Shown one piece after another: positions 48,130-57,507 of a stretch of DNA of 64,000 nt; positions within the stretch are counted from its first letter, which is position 1; each line of letters starts with the position of its first letter. The stretch is from sequence record LR756501.1; one strand, 5' to 3'. Made by a program: the position numbers and the translations under genes. The notes under the pieces are model-generated. The model was not told the DNA's origin and ran no database searches. It saw only the letters and a program-made list of their open reading frames with translations.

Positions 48130-48464
48130 TATTCAAATAATTTAAATTCAATATCGTCTTTTTCTGAGTTATCTTTAATAGATAGAATAAGATTATCTCC
48201 AAAATCGTTTGAAGTACCAAAAAATTTACTGATGGAACAATATTCATCGGGTGATATTTCCTGGAAAGATATTTCATCTAACAACTCCTTTCCATTATCG
48301 TATTCGACGTAATCACCGAAACCGAGACTGACTGATATTGGTGTTTTATATTTTCTTAAAAATGTGGAAAGATAAGTCATTTCCCTTTTGTTCATAATAA
48401 CAAAACCATCAACATCAATTTCTTCGTTCCAATTACCCGAGTAAACCATCATAAAATTCTTCAT
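48129..48464 (-). CDS. hypothetical protein
   Basis: Start at ATGA overlap (MKNFMMVY). Confidence 0.6.
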   Translation of the reverse strand: MKNFMMVYSGNWNEEIDVDGFVIMNKREMTYLSTFLRKYKTPISVSLGFGDYVEYDNGKELLDEISFQEISPDEYCSISKFFGTSNDFGDNLILSIKDNSEKDDIEFKLFE

Positions 48465-48718
48465 ACCATTACTTCCTCCTTTTTTATATATTTCCAAAAC
48501 ATGGACCTCTTTACCAATTCTTTGATTATAATATCATCACTTATGATTTTCCCTTTATTGATAAGACTTTCTTTAGTTTTTTCAAGATATTTTTTACAAC
48601 TTAAATAAGACTGAACTATAAAGTGGTTTCTCTCTTCTAAGAGAGATGTATTTCCTATTCTTTTAATAAAAGAATCAACGTACTCTGTACATTTTTTTAT
48701 GATTTCGTCATCAGTCAT
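48461..48718 (-). CDS. hypothetical protein
   Basis: Start at ATGA overlap (MTDDE). Confidence 0.55.
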   Translation of the reverse strand: MTDDEIIKKCTEYVDSFIKRIGNTSLLEERNHFIVQSYLSCKKYLEKTKESLINKGKIISDDIIIKELVKRSMFWKYIKKEEVMV

Positions 48719-48942
48719 ACCTGTTCTATCCATTTATCACCAATTAGTTTGTACATCACAAAATATTTCTTGTAGTACGGAAACGTTGGTCCCCACCTTC
48801 TTTCCTCGTTGAAATAAAGATCTCCTTCAACAGGTTCTTTATCTATCCACTCTTTAGTAGCAATGTTATCACCGTTAGTATCTTTATGATAAGTGGTTTT
48901 ATCTACCAAAAAACCAAATTTACTTTTTTCGAATTCTTTCAT
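48715..48942 (-). CDS. hypothetical protein
   Basis: 75-aa ORF. Confidence 0.55.
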   Translation of the reverse strand: MKEFEKSKFGFLVDKTTYHKDTNGDNIATKEWIDKEPVEGDLYFNEERRWGPTFPYYKKYFVMYKLIGDKWIEQV

Positions 48943-48944
48943 AA

Positions 48945-49154
48945 TTAAAAGGGTAAATAATAGTACAAACTAAAATTATTAAAATCAACTATTATTTCTT
49001 TTTTTGTTTTTATTTTAACATACTCTTGCCAAGACATACCTATATATTCGATATAGTCCAAAAACATACTTCTCAAGATATCGTAATTCAAAGCGAAATT
49101 ATCAATCTCTTTGATTATATCACCAAACTCCAATACTTGTTTGTTCTTTTCCAT
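48945..49154 (-). CDS. hypothetical protein
   Basis: 69-aa ORF, TAATG overlap. Confidence 0.5.
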   Translation of the reverse strand: MEKNKQVLEFGDIIKEIDNFALNYDILRSMFLDYIEYIGMSWQEYVKIKTKKEIIVDFNNFSLYYYLPF

Positions 49155-49711
49155 TATCTTAGATCAAAAGATATTAACTGATTTCCGTTGTTAGGGTCAA
49201 TTATAAATAGATTTAAATCATCGTGTCTAAATGGTCTTAACCCAACGTTATTATCAGGTGTAGCCAACATTCTGAGTTCCACTACTGTATTACCTATATT
49301 CAAAGGTGCAATCTTATTATAGAAATTGGTTGTGGCCCAATCAATTAAATCTTGGTCCACATTACGGTCTCTAAATACTTCAATTATGATAGTTCTTAAC
49401 GTTCCACGTAAATTTGCACCTTCAAATTGACCTCTCGCACTTACTTGTCTTAACTCGTTTGCTGGTACACCGTACGGAGCGTTACCTGGGGCGATACCAT
49501 ATCTATTAGGATTAAAACCGTATGGGTTTTTCTTTTTATCTTGAATGCCACATCTTTCTTCAAAATAATTTTTTGATTTTGTATCTAATGTTATGGCTCC
49601 TTCTTTTATTAATTTCTGAATATAATTAGGATCACCTTTGATCAAATCAGAAACCCTAGCACCTTTATGCTTACCAAACCACAATTTATCGTTAAATCTT
49701 ACTTCTTTCAT
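49154..49711 (-). CDS. FGKxxG-domain protein (ExoX C-terminal/DUF3820-like)
   Basis: MKEVRFNDKLWFGKHKG. Confidence 0.6.
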   Translation of the reverse strand: MKEVRFNDKLWFGKHKGARVSDLIKGDPNYIQKLIKEGAITLDTKSKNYFEERCGIQDKKKNPYGFNPNRYGIAPGNAPYGVPANELRQVSARGQFEGANLRGTLRTIIIEVFRDRNVDQDLIDWATTNFYNKIAPLNIGNTVVELRMLATPDNNVGLRPFRHDDLNLFIIDPNNGNQLISFDLR

Positions 49712-50100
49712 TCCGCGTCATTATTTGATACGTTCTGGTCAACTTCCACTGGTTGAACATCCATATTTGTAAAATCCATATTCATTGTAATAGTTGTTCT
49801 TCCAATATTTCCACCGACACTTGATACATCGTTAAAAATTGGTTCCCAATTATTATCACTCCAATCAGAATATCTTTGTGAAGATGATGTGTAACCACCA
49901 CCACTACTACCGTAACCTGAAAAACCAGAATTAGATTTTGGTTTAATTAAAAAATCTAATACGTTTTTATGATATGTTATCTTACCTTTGTCCAAAAGAG
50001 TATCGAGGAAGCATCTATCATAGTCTAATATGTCTTTGATAGTCCTTCCTCGATATTTACCGAACCATATCTTATCATTAAGTCTTACTTCTTTGGGCAT
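49708..50100 (-). CDS. FGKxxG-domain protein, paralog of 49154-49711
   Basis: MPKEVRLNDKIWFGKYRG. Confidence 0.6.
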   Translation of the reverse strand: MPKEVRLNDKIWFGKYRGRTIKDILDYDRCFLDTLLDKGKITYHKNVLDFLIKPKSNSGFSGYGSSGGGYTSSSQRYSDWSDNNWEPIFNDVSSVGGNIGRTTITMNMDFTNMDVQPVEVDQNVSNNDAE

Positions 50101-50118
50101 TTTTTACATTTTAAGAAG

Positions 50119-50126
50119 CAAATATA
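50119..50126 (-). promoter_or_regulatory. Bacteroidota-type -7 box TATATTTG
   Basis: 18 nt upstream of ATG 50100. Confidence 0.5.
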
Positions 50127-50140
50127 AGAATTTTTTCTCT

Positions 50141-51010
50141 TTAAGAAAAATTTCTCACACCGTTTTCATTGATATTGTCGAACTTTTTCTTTACTTTCTT
50201 CTGTATTAATTCTCTACCTTTCTTAATCTGAGATTTTATAGTAGATAAATTAGTTGTTGTTATATACAACCCTTGTGTAGCAGTCAACGTACTATCTACA
50301 ACAAAACTATCATTCATACCTCTTTCCCATTCTATATCATCACGAGTGATAGTCACGTTGTCTTGTGGAGATATGATTCTCTCATACTTGTTCTCACCGT
50401 CTTCTGATACAAAATTGATTTTAATATCACCAGATCCAATATTCTCCAAATCCAAACTAAAAAAATCTTCTGGATTTTCTAACATCATATTGTCTTCATT
50501 GATGTCCAGTCTTATTTCTTTCTTAATAGAATCTGCTATGTCCTTATACGCCATGTGATTAAGTTCTCTCATTACCATTACTTTTTTATACTTATCTGGT
50601 AAGTTCTCAATCACTTCGTAGACTATTTCACATTTCTTTTTGTTCTCTTCTTCCTGTATAGAAAAATCTCCACCGTCATCAGATTTAAGTATGTTCAATA
50701 TACTTGGAGCTTCCGCTGTATCTCTTTCTAATGATATGAAATTATATCTATGATTATCTTTCCATTCTTTAATTACAAGATTTATGGCAATCTTGGTCAA
50801 CCACGTTTTAAATAAACTCTTTTCTTTATTATATGTTTCTATTTTCTCCAGAGACTGCATAAATGCCTGGTTAGCAAAATCTTCAGCTCTATCCATATCT
50901 TTAGTGTAACACTTAGCAATATACCAAGTTAGTGAGGGCTTGTTTTCGTTGTAGTAACTTTCAAAATCATGCCCTGTAATGTCTTTAAATAATTTTTCAT
51001 ATTTATTCAT
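50141..51010 (-). CDS. ECF-type RNA polymerase sigma factor with insertion in region 4
   Basis: Region 2 AEDFANQAF..FKTWLTKIAINL; region 4 LPDKYKKVMVMRE..YKDIA / NLSTIKSQIKKGR. Confidence 0.88.
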   Translation of the reverse strand: MNKYEKLFKDITGHDFESYYNENKPSLTWYIAKCYTKDMDRAEDFANQAFMQSLEKIETYNKEKSLFKTWLTKIAINLVIKEWKDNHRYNFISLERDTAEAPSILNILKSDDGGDFSIQEEENKKKCEIVYEVIENLPDKYKKVMVMRELNHMAYKDIADSIKKEIRLDINEDNMMLENPEDFFSLDLENIGSGDIKINFVSEDGENKYERIISPQDNVTITRDDIEWERGMNDSFVVDSTLTATQGLYITTTNLSTIKSQIKKGRELIQKKVKKKFDNINENGVRNFS

Positions 51011-51093
51011 ATTAAATATTTTATTTTTGATTCAATTTATAGAATTGAATTCCAACACATGACGTAAATCATGCAAAATCATGATATAATAAC

Positions 51094-51519
51094 TTATAAT
51101 TTACTAATTAAATCTTTTTGTGTTTCTTTTATTCGCTCAATTTTTTTCTTATTTCCTTGACCTTGATATAAATCGTCCGGTATATTCTCATTAAGCACTT
51201 TATTAATATTCATTGCGTATTCAAACAATATAGAATTAGTTTCATCCATTTCAATATAATCATATTTCAGTTGTTGTAATGGAGTTGTCAAATCTACATC
51301 GTGTTTATAAAGCCATGATATTAGCTCTGGATTACTGAATGAAACCAAACACTTCTCGTTGTGACACGGTGTTACATCATCCTTAGCATTGTATTCTATT
51401 CCACAGCTCTCAATTTCATCTGCTTCATATATTGTCTTAGTGTACTCTACACTATTATCAAACATCTCATTTAGAAATTCTTGACAGTCTTCTCTTGTTA
51501 AATCTTCTATTCGCTTCAT
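51094..51519 (-). CDS. hypothetical protein
   Basis: 141-aa ORF. Confidence 0.6.
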   Translation of the reverse strand: MKRIEDLTREDCQEFLNEMFDNSVEYTKTIYEADEIESCGIEYNAKDDVTPCHNEKCLVSFSNPELISWLYKHDVDLTTPLQQLKYDYIEMDETNSILFEYAMNINKVLNENIPDDLYQGQGNKKKIERIKETQKDLISKL

Positions 51520-51552
51520 ACTGTTAGTTTTATAGTAAATGTTATATATTAA

Positions 51553-51816
51553 TTATTTATTGTCATTTTTATCATTTCTGACATTATCTATCCATTCTTC
51601 AAATGATTCGTATTTTTGTACTTTTGATAAGAAGTAACCACCAACGATATCAGTCTCTTTAGCTGCTTCAAATGAGTTTTTAGCAAATATCATCATGACT
51701 TCTATTGTGTATTCTAGTTGGCATTTTTCGTGTGTATCGTACATTAATTCGTACCAAGATTCGTATGAATGTTCGTTAGCAAATTCCTTTAAAATTTCTT
51801 CTGGTGTTTTACTCAT
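51553..51816 (-). CDS. hypothetical protein
   Basis: 87-aa ORF. Confidence 0.6.
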   Translation of the reverse strand: MSKTPEEILKEFANEHSYESWYELMYDTHEKCQLEYTIEVMMIFAKNSFEAAKETDIVGGYFLSKVQKYESFEEWIDNVRNDKNDNK

Positions 51817-52277
51817 ACTAATTCAGTTAGTAGGGTTAGTTCTCTTTTTTTAATTTTGATTAAGTCATCTAGCGATTCTATTGTGAACAATCTGTCAGTT
51901 TTATCGAATACCCACAAATTAACGTCACTCACGTGCGCAACAAAAGACCACCCTTCCTTGATCTTTATTATATCATCTGGGTAGTCTTTCAATTCGTAGT
52001 ACCTGATAAACTCGTCAATAATTTTATCACTTAATTTTTTAATGTAAACTAGATGGCAATAGGTAGTATGGCCAAAGTTAAGTCCATATTCTTCTGGATC
52101 TATATGTCTCAATTTAAACTTCTTTTCGAAGTAAGACAAAAAGTCCAGTTGTTCGTCGTGTTTTAAACACTCTTCTTCTGTATCAAAAATTGTGCCGTCT
52201 TTTGATACGAAGATGTCCATTTCGACTTCTTCTTCAATCGTTTTAACGATTACTCTTCGTGTAGTTATTTTTTCCAT
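51813..52277 (-). CDS. hypothetical protein
   Basis: FVSKDGTIFDTEEECLKHD, a common small phage-protein pattern. Confidence 0.65.
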   Translation of the reverse strand: MEKITTRRVIVKTIEEEVEMDIFVSKDGTIFDTEEECLKHDEQLDFLSYFEKKFKLRHIDPEEYGLNFGHTTYCHLVYIKKLSDKIIDEFIRYYELKDYPDDIIKIKEGWSFVAHVSDVNLWVFDKTDRLFTIESLDDLIKIKKRELTLLTELV

Positions 52278-52278
52278 A

Positions 52279-52509
52279 TTAATATTGTTCTATTTTTCCT
52301 TTTCTTGGTCCTGATATATGATTCATCAATCTTCTATCAGAGTCAACATATAAAACAATCATTGAATTTTTGACTTGTTCTGATAATTTATCAATGTTCA
52401 CACCTGGTTTGAGGAACATTTTGATATTAACATCTTTTGGGTGTATTTCACGAAGATCTGGCACGAGATCCTTTTTAAAGAAGAAAAGACAGTTATTTTC
52501 GAAAATCAT
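52279..52509 (-). CDS. hypothetical protein
   Basis: 76-aa ORF. Confidence 0.55.
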   Translation of the reverse strand: MIFENNCLFFFKKDLVPDLREIHPKDVNIKMFLKPGVNIDKLSEQVKNSMIVLYVDSDRRLMNHISGPRKGKIEQY

Positions 52510-52544
52510 AAATATTAGTTTTTGGATGTTTATGTAATCATTTA

Positions 52545-52575
52545 CAAATGTAACAAAATATATCGGTCTGGCAAA
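52545..52575 (-). promoter_or_regulatory. Bacteroidota-type promoter TTTG-N19-TACATTTG
   Basis: Both -33 TTTG and -7 TAnnTTTG at canonical spacing, upstream of 52509. Confidence 0.6.
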
Positions 52576-52633
52576 ATTAATTTTGAAATTTTAACATTTA
52601 AATTTTTATATATAAGAATAAATACAGTTCTGG

Positions 52634-53188
52634 ATGGTTCAAATTTCAAAATATGAAGATTTTAAGAAAATGAATTCTTTGTTTTCCAGAGAACACGATA
52701 GAATAGTTAAAAAATATAACATTGAGTTTATTTCGTTAAAGGGCGTAAAAATCCCTCTTATATGTTTATATGAAATTGTTTCCACTTTGTTTGAAAATAA
52801 CTCAATAAATCTTAAAATTTCTGACGTAATATTATTAACACTTTCGGCTATAGGTCTACTCTCAAAGGAGAACAAAGACCAAGTTAGAATTTTACTAGAT
52901 TTATGTAAAGATAAAAAAATTTTAGGACATTTCATATTAGTTAAAAATACAATTAAATCTTTAAAAAATTTATTAAATATTATCTTCAAAAAAGAAGGTG
53001 TTGTTATTCAAAACATTGAACAAGCTTTAAAATATAGATATTCGGTAGATGCTTTAAGTTTAGCTTGTTCGTACATTAGAATAGATAAGATTAAGATAAA
53101 AGATTTTTGTTACTGGTACATAGTAGATAAACGTGGCAAAGAGTCAAAAGAATTAATTGACTACATTAACATTAACTATTATATTTGA
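52634..53188 (+). CDS. hypothetical protein
   Basis: Leader MVQISKYEDF; TTATATATA at 52606-52614. Confidence 0.65.
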   Translation: MVQISKYEDFKKMNSLFSREHDRIVKKYNIEFISLKGVKIPLICLYEIVSTLFENNSINLKISDVILLTLSAIGLLSKENKDQVRILLDLCKDKKILGHFILVKNTIKSLKNLLNIIFKKEGVVIQNIEQALKYRYSVDALSLACSYIRIDKIKIKDFCYWYIVDKRGKESKELIDYININYYI

Positions 53189-54672
53189 ATTCCTAATTCA
53201 TCGAAATTTGAACCACCAAACCCCCCACTGGATTTTATCACTTTGAATTTAAAATCATCGTCATCAAATAAATCATCGTAAGCACCATATAAATCAGAAA
53301 TAGTATAATTTCCGTATTTGGATAATATTTTTTCAACAGCGCTTCTTTTTATGGTGAATGTTTTATTGTTCATACTATATTCTTTTAAGTCAGCTATAAA
53401 TTCATCTACGTATTTATAAAATTTAGCGGCAAACCCGATTCCTTTTAATTTTTCAAATTCATTAATATCAGTATAAGTAACACCATCCATTTTAATTTTT
53501 TCACCCTCTACTTTAATAGAAATGTTATCTTTAAGTGCAAACGGTGTTCCTCTATTATTCAACACTGGTTTTGGTTCAGCTATTAAACCTCTAACTTTTT
53601 CAAATTCACCTATGACTAATTTATCGTTGAATGAAGAGTTAATGTATGTCTTCTTGTAACCAAAATATTCCATATAATCCTCAACAACTTCAAATAATTC
53701 TTTCCCTCTTTTTTTAACAAAAGATTTATAATTAAATAGTCCAAGATTGGGTTTACTTTTTTGTTGTTCTTTTCTAGATAATTTATCTTTAATTCTTTGA
53801 ATTTCAGCACCTATTTCGTCTTTTGTTTGGGGTATAGGTTTACTACTAACATTAAAATCTTTATAAGTTTTAGTGGCTCTTACCGCTGAAGAACCCCACA
53901 ATCTACCAGTTTGTTTTTTAACAACTGGTTTTTCTTTAGCTGGTACTCTCACTACTGGTAAACCTTCCCAATTTATCTTAACTGTGGCATTAGCCACTCT
54001 TTCAAGATAGTTTAAATTTTGAAATTCATCAGTATTATGTTCTCTGAATCCACCACAAGATAAGTTAGTAACTTCAGGAATAACTGGCATAAATACAGCA
54101 GAATCAGTATAATAACCACCTGGGTCTGATTTGTATTCCATATCGTTAGATTTAAATTCAGACGCTAACGCTTCTACGAATTCTCTAGAACAACATTGTC
54201 CAGTATTCATACGGGATATAATTGATCCGTAACCTCTTCTATCAAAAGCTATACATCTATCGAATTGTTTGAACCAATCTGGTTTTTTAGCAAATATAGA
54301 CCTAGATCCTTTACAACCACCTGATAATATTGGTTCTTCACCAATGAAGAAATAATAACACCCTGGCACTTTGTGTTCTATCATGTTTAACATAATAACT
54401 ACACCAGCTTTATCATCTGAACCTAAAACTGTCTTACCATCAGTCTTAACATATTTACCGTCTTCATAGAATACGTGATTCACTTTACCAACTTTTTTAC
54501 AATAATTATCAAGATGTGAGGTGAACATTGTTTTTGTCTCACCTATTATGATATAATAATTCCCAACCTCGTCTTTTTGAATGTTGTTTGGTAAGTATGG
54601 TTCCAGCATATCTTCTTGTTTATACGGGGTAAGATATTCTGTAATTTCTATGAAAATTTTTCTAACATCCAT
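53179..54672 (-). CDS. M28/M20-like zinc peptidase with C-terminal extension
   Basis: SHLD, GSDDKAG, GEE, FDRRG, YYTDSA, TNLSCGGFREHNTDE. Confidence 0.85.
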   Translation of the reverse strand: MDVRKIFIEITEYLTPYKQEDMLEPYLPNNIQKDEVGNYYIIIGETKTMFTSHLDNYCKKVGKVNHVFYEDGKYVKTDGKTVLGSDDKAGVVIMLNMIEHKVPGCYYFFIGEEPILSGGCKGSRSIFAKKPDWFKQFDRCIAFDRRGYGSIISRMNTGQCCSREFVEALASEFKSNDMEYKSDPGGYYTDSAVFMPVIPEVTNLSCGGFREHNTDEFQNLNYLERVANATVKINWEGLPVVRVPAKEKPVVKKQTGRLWGSSAVRATKTYKDFNVSSKPIPQTKDEIGAEIQRIKDKLSRKEQQKSKPNLGLFNYKSFVKKRGKELFEVVEDYMEYFGYKKTYINSSFNDKLVIGEFEKVRGLIAEPKPVLNNRGTPFALKDNISIKVEGEKIKMDGVTYTDINEFEKLKGIGFAAKFYKYVDEFIADLKEYSMNNKTFTIKRSAVEKILSKYGNYTISDLYGAYDDLFDDDDFKFKVIKSSGGFGGSNFDELGIQI

Positions 54673-54695
54673 TAAAGTGTGGAATTATTTTTCTT

Positions 54696-54753
54696 TATAT
54701 ATTAATATACAAAAATAGAATTAAATAAACTTAATCTATAATGATCATATATA
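54696..54753. promoter_or_regulatory. divergent ATATATA boxes (54696-54704 -, 54746-54753 +)
   Basis: Upstream of ATG 54672 and ATG 54763. Confidence 0.45.
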
Positions 54754-54762
54754 ATAAGTTGT

Positions 54763-55662
54763 ATGATCAATTACTACGAACAATTCATTAAACCAAAGGA
54801 AATAGTCAAAGATATTAACTATTTCTACGATCAAATAAGAGATCTTATTTGTAACGATTTGTTTGGACAACACTTATATAATAAACGTAAAAAATTGAAA
54901 GTCGATAATTACGTTGTTAATAATTATCTATCAGGAATAAATAATACTAGACTCAGATTTATTAACGATACAATAATTGTGACTTTCAAAGTTAGTAAAT
55001 TTGAAAAAGGTAAAGCATCTATCACAAAACCCATATATAACAAGTATAATATAGATGGAATCACTTTTAATATAGATATTATAATAACTCCTCAAGAAGA
55101 AAGAAACAAAATAATACATTCTGAAAATTCAGCTCTTAAAGAATTAAGAAAGAACATTCACATTATAAACGAATATTACGTTAAGAATTTTAGAGAAGAC
55201 GAAGAATCTAAATATAAAATTATATATGATAGATTAATAAAGTTAGATAAAAGTTATTACAACGATTGGAATAGATTGATAAGCTTATTAAAAGAATGCA
55301 CTAATCCCACATTTAATGAAACATTATACAAGTTTAGAGAAATAATAGAAGGTACAAATTTTGATGTAATGATGACTGTATATAAGATGATACATCAAAC
55401 ACAATTTTTTCTAAAATACGCACATCATAGACAAATAAGATTTAAGAAATTCATAATATCTTTAAGAAAAGATTGTCTTGATGAAAATGAAATATTATAT
55501 TTAGGAAACAATCTATCCAAGTGTTTCGGACATACAATTAAAGATTATAATGATTGCGTATCATTTGTTGAGAATGTTATAAACCATTTCAACACAATAT
55601 GTTATGTAAAGGAGACGAAAATTAATACTTTTGCGTCTAAAGTTTGGGAAAGAGATCTATAA
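54763..55662 (+). CDS. hypothetical protein
   Basis: 299 aa; leader MINYYEQF. Confidence 0.7.
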   Translation: MINYYEQFIKPKEIVKDINYFYDQIRDLICNDLFGQHLYNKRKKLKVDNYVVNNYLSGINNTRLRFINDTIIVTFKVSKFEKGKASITKPIYNKYNIDGITFNIDIIITPQEERNKIIHSENSALKELRKNIHIINEYYVKNFREDEESKYKIIYDRLIKLDKSYYNDWNRLISLLKECTNPTFNETLYKFREIIEGTNFDVMMTVYKMIHQTQFFLKYAHHRQIRFKKFIISLRKDCLDENEILYLGNNLSKCFGHTIKDYNDCVSFVENVINHFNTICYVKETKINTFASKVWERDL

Positions 55663-55777
55663 AATCTTTTTTAATTTTATTAATTACTCTTTCAAAATGA
55701 ATCTTTGTAAGTTCACTCTCTTCGAATTCTAGTGTCTTTTCGCTTTCAACGTAGACACCTTCTTTCTTAACTTTCAT
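55637..55777 (-). CDS. possible small protein (46 aa, MKVKKEGVYVESEK...)
   Basis: Translated by hand; fills gap in minus-strand operon. Confidence 0.35.
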   Translation of the reverse strand: MKVKKEGVYVESEKTLEFEESELTKIHFERVINKIKKDFIDLFPKL

Positions 55778-55784
55778 TTTTGAT

Positions 55785-56123
55785 TTATTCTTCATCAGTC
55801 CACATATTTTTTAATATCTTGTAAGATTCTGTTAAAAACTTTTTTGGTAATAATATTTTATTATCAATCTTTTTTGAATATATCCTGTAATAATCTGGAT
55901 TGTCTTTAATAGTAAAATCTTTAAAATCTTGTTCAATTAATTTCTGGCAATTTATCAGATCTCTTATGGTTGGGAAATCCATTACCATATCAGATATAAC
56001 ACACATATTGCTTTCTTGTTTTATCATATGTGTGAAACACACTTGATCTTCGTCATTTATTGAACAATCATATATGAAGTCAACTTCATTCTTGCTGGTT
56101 ACTTGTGAAAATATACTTATCAT
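55785..56123 (-). CDS. hypothetical protein
   Basis: Start reassigned to MISIF just after upstream stop. Confidence 0.55.
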   Translation of the reverse strand: MISIFSQVTSKNEVDFIYDCSINDEDQVCFTHMIKQESNMCVISDMVMDFPTIRDLINCQKLIEQDFKDFTIKDNPDYYRIYSKKIDNKILLPKKFLTESYKILKNMWTDEE

Positions 56124-56136
56124 AATTTTTTTATTT

Positions 56137-57507
56137 TTATTCTTCAAATAATCCTTGAAATAAATCACTTAAATCGTCATCCATTTCTTTTTGTGTTGGT
56201 TTACATTTAGAAGCTATGTAACCAGGTTTACCTTTCTTTGGTTGATCAGAATCTGGTCTGCAATGAAAGTTCTCGTCTCCATTACCCCATACTGGTGTCG
56301 AAGTCATAGTTTTAGTTGGTTTTTCATATGATTTAACATATTTAACTTCATCTATTCCATCTTTACCACGTGTAACAACTGTATCATATTTACTTGGATC
56401 AAAATCAATTACATTTGAAGTAGGTGGTTTTACTTTAACTAAATCTAAACCAATAGTCTGAGCTGCAATTTTCATTGATACAGGTACAGGATTATCAATT
56501 GGATTATAAGATAAACCATCTATGGTGTGAGTTGGATATAGTTCAGAATTATCTATTTCTGTGACGAAAATGCCGGGACTCTTATATTTTCCTAATCCTG
56601 TCTTTCTGGTTTTATCGAAATCTTCTATCCTGGTTTTGTTGAATTCATCCCTTCTTTTTTGCAATCTTTCATTTTGCTCTCTAAGATTTGAAATAATATT
56701 ATGGCATCCGTGCACTTTAATTTCGTGTTCGGTGGTAATATAATCTTTTTTATTAAAAGGAATGAAATAAGCGTGAAAATCTATATCAAACTGAATACCA
56801 ATTTCAAATATTTTATTCTCCAATTGATTTCTTATTTCATCAAAAGCTGAGAAAAAAATAGTGTCGTAATCAACACAAATAACGTGTTCTGGGAATTCTT
56901 CTAAAATTGATTGTAAAATATTTCTTCCTGTTTCAGCCACAGCGTCCGTGTTCCAACAAGTAAATAAAGAATGCTTAGAATTAACTGCTCCCCAAGTAAA
57001 ATTGAGAAGTCTATTTATTAATAAATTAACTCTTTCATTATTATATTTTTTAAATTCTTCTTTATTATCTAATAAGAATCTATATAAAATTGGAAACTTA
57101 TCTGTGTTCCATTGAAGTTCTTGTTTGAAAAAACTCTTCTCTTCCCAATTCTCTTCACCGTAAGGATCTATATCTTTATGTGGTTTTTCAATTAAAGACA
57201 ATTTTGATATAATCATAGGGTAAAAATCTTTGAAAGATAGTTCTGTAACCCCTTTAAATATTCTATTTTTATGTATTTCTTTTAATACACAGAGCCCACC
57301 TATGGTTGGTTCCTTTTCATTTTTGAATTTTTTAATTTTGTAACCAGGCCACATTGTATCAAGAATGAGTTTCATTGTGTCTGTCCAGTCTTCTAAAGAA
57401 AATTTAGGAGGGTTGTTGAAGGATTGCAATTTCTCGGGAGTGAGAAATTCGATTGAGTATTCGTTGCTATCCAGCAAGCGATATACATTTTCTATTGTTA
57501 ATTCCAT
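56137..57507 (-). CDS. degenerate family-B DNA polymerase-like fragment with internal DPYGEENW tag
   Basis: IGGLC..SFKDFYPMII (region II-like), LLNFTWG (region III-like), VDYDTIFF (region I-like); no exonuclease domain. Confidence 0.6.
   Translation of the reverse strand: MELTIENVYRLLDSNEYSIEFLTPEKLQSFNNPPKFSLEDWTDTMKLILDTMWPGYKIKKFKNEKEPTIGGLCVLKEIHKNRIFKGVTELSFKDFYPMIISKLSLIEKPHKDIDPYGEENWEEKSFFKQELQWNTDKFPILYRFLLDNKEEFKKYNNERVNLLINRLLNFTWGAVNSKHSLFTCWNTDAVAETGRNILQSILEEFPEHVICVDYDTIFFSAFDEIRNQLENKIFEIGIQFDIDFHAYFIPFNKKDYITTEHEIKVHGCHNIISNLREQNERLQKRRDEFNKTRIEDFDKTRKTGLGKYKSPGIFVTEIDNSELYPTHTIDGLSYNPIDNPVPVSMKIAAQTIGLDLVKVKPPTSNVIDFDPSKYDTVVTRGKDGIDEVKYVKSYEKPTKTMTSTPVWGNGDENFHCRPDSDQPKKGKPGYIASKCKPTQKEMDDDLSDLFQGLFEE

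Noticed and set aside
50252-50524. Intein in the sigma factor
   Set aside because: No Cys/Ser at the insert start, no His-Asn end followed by C/S/T, no LAGLIDADG motif.
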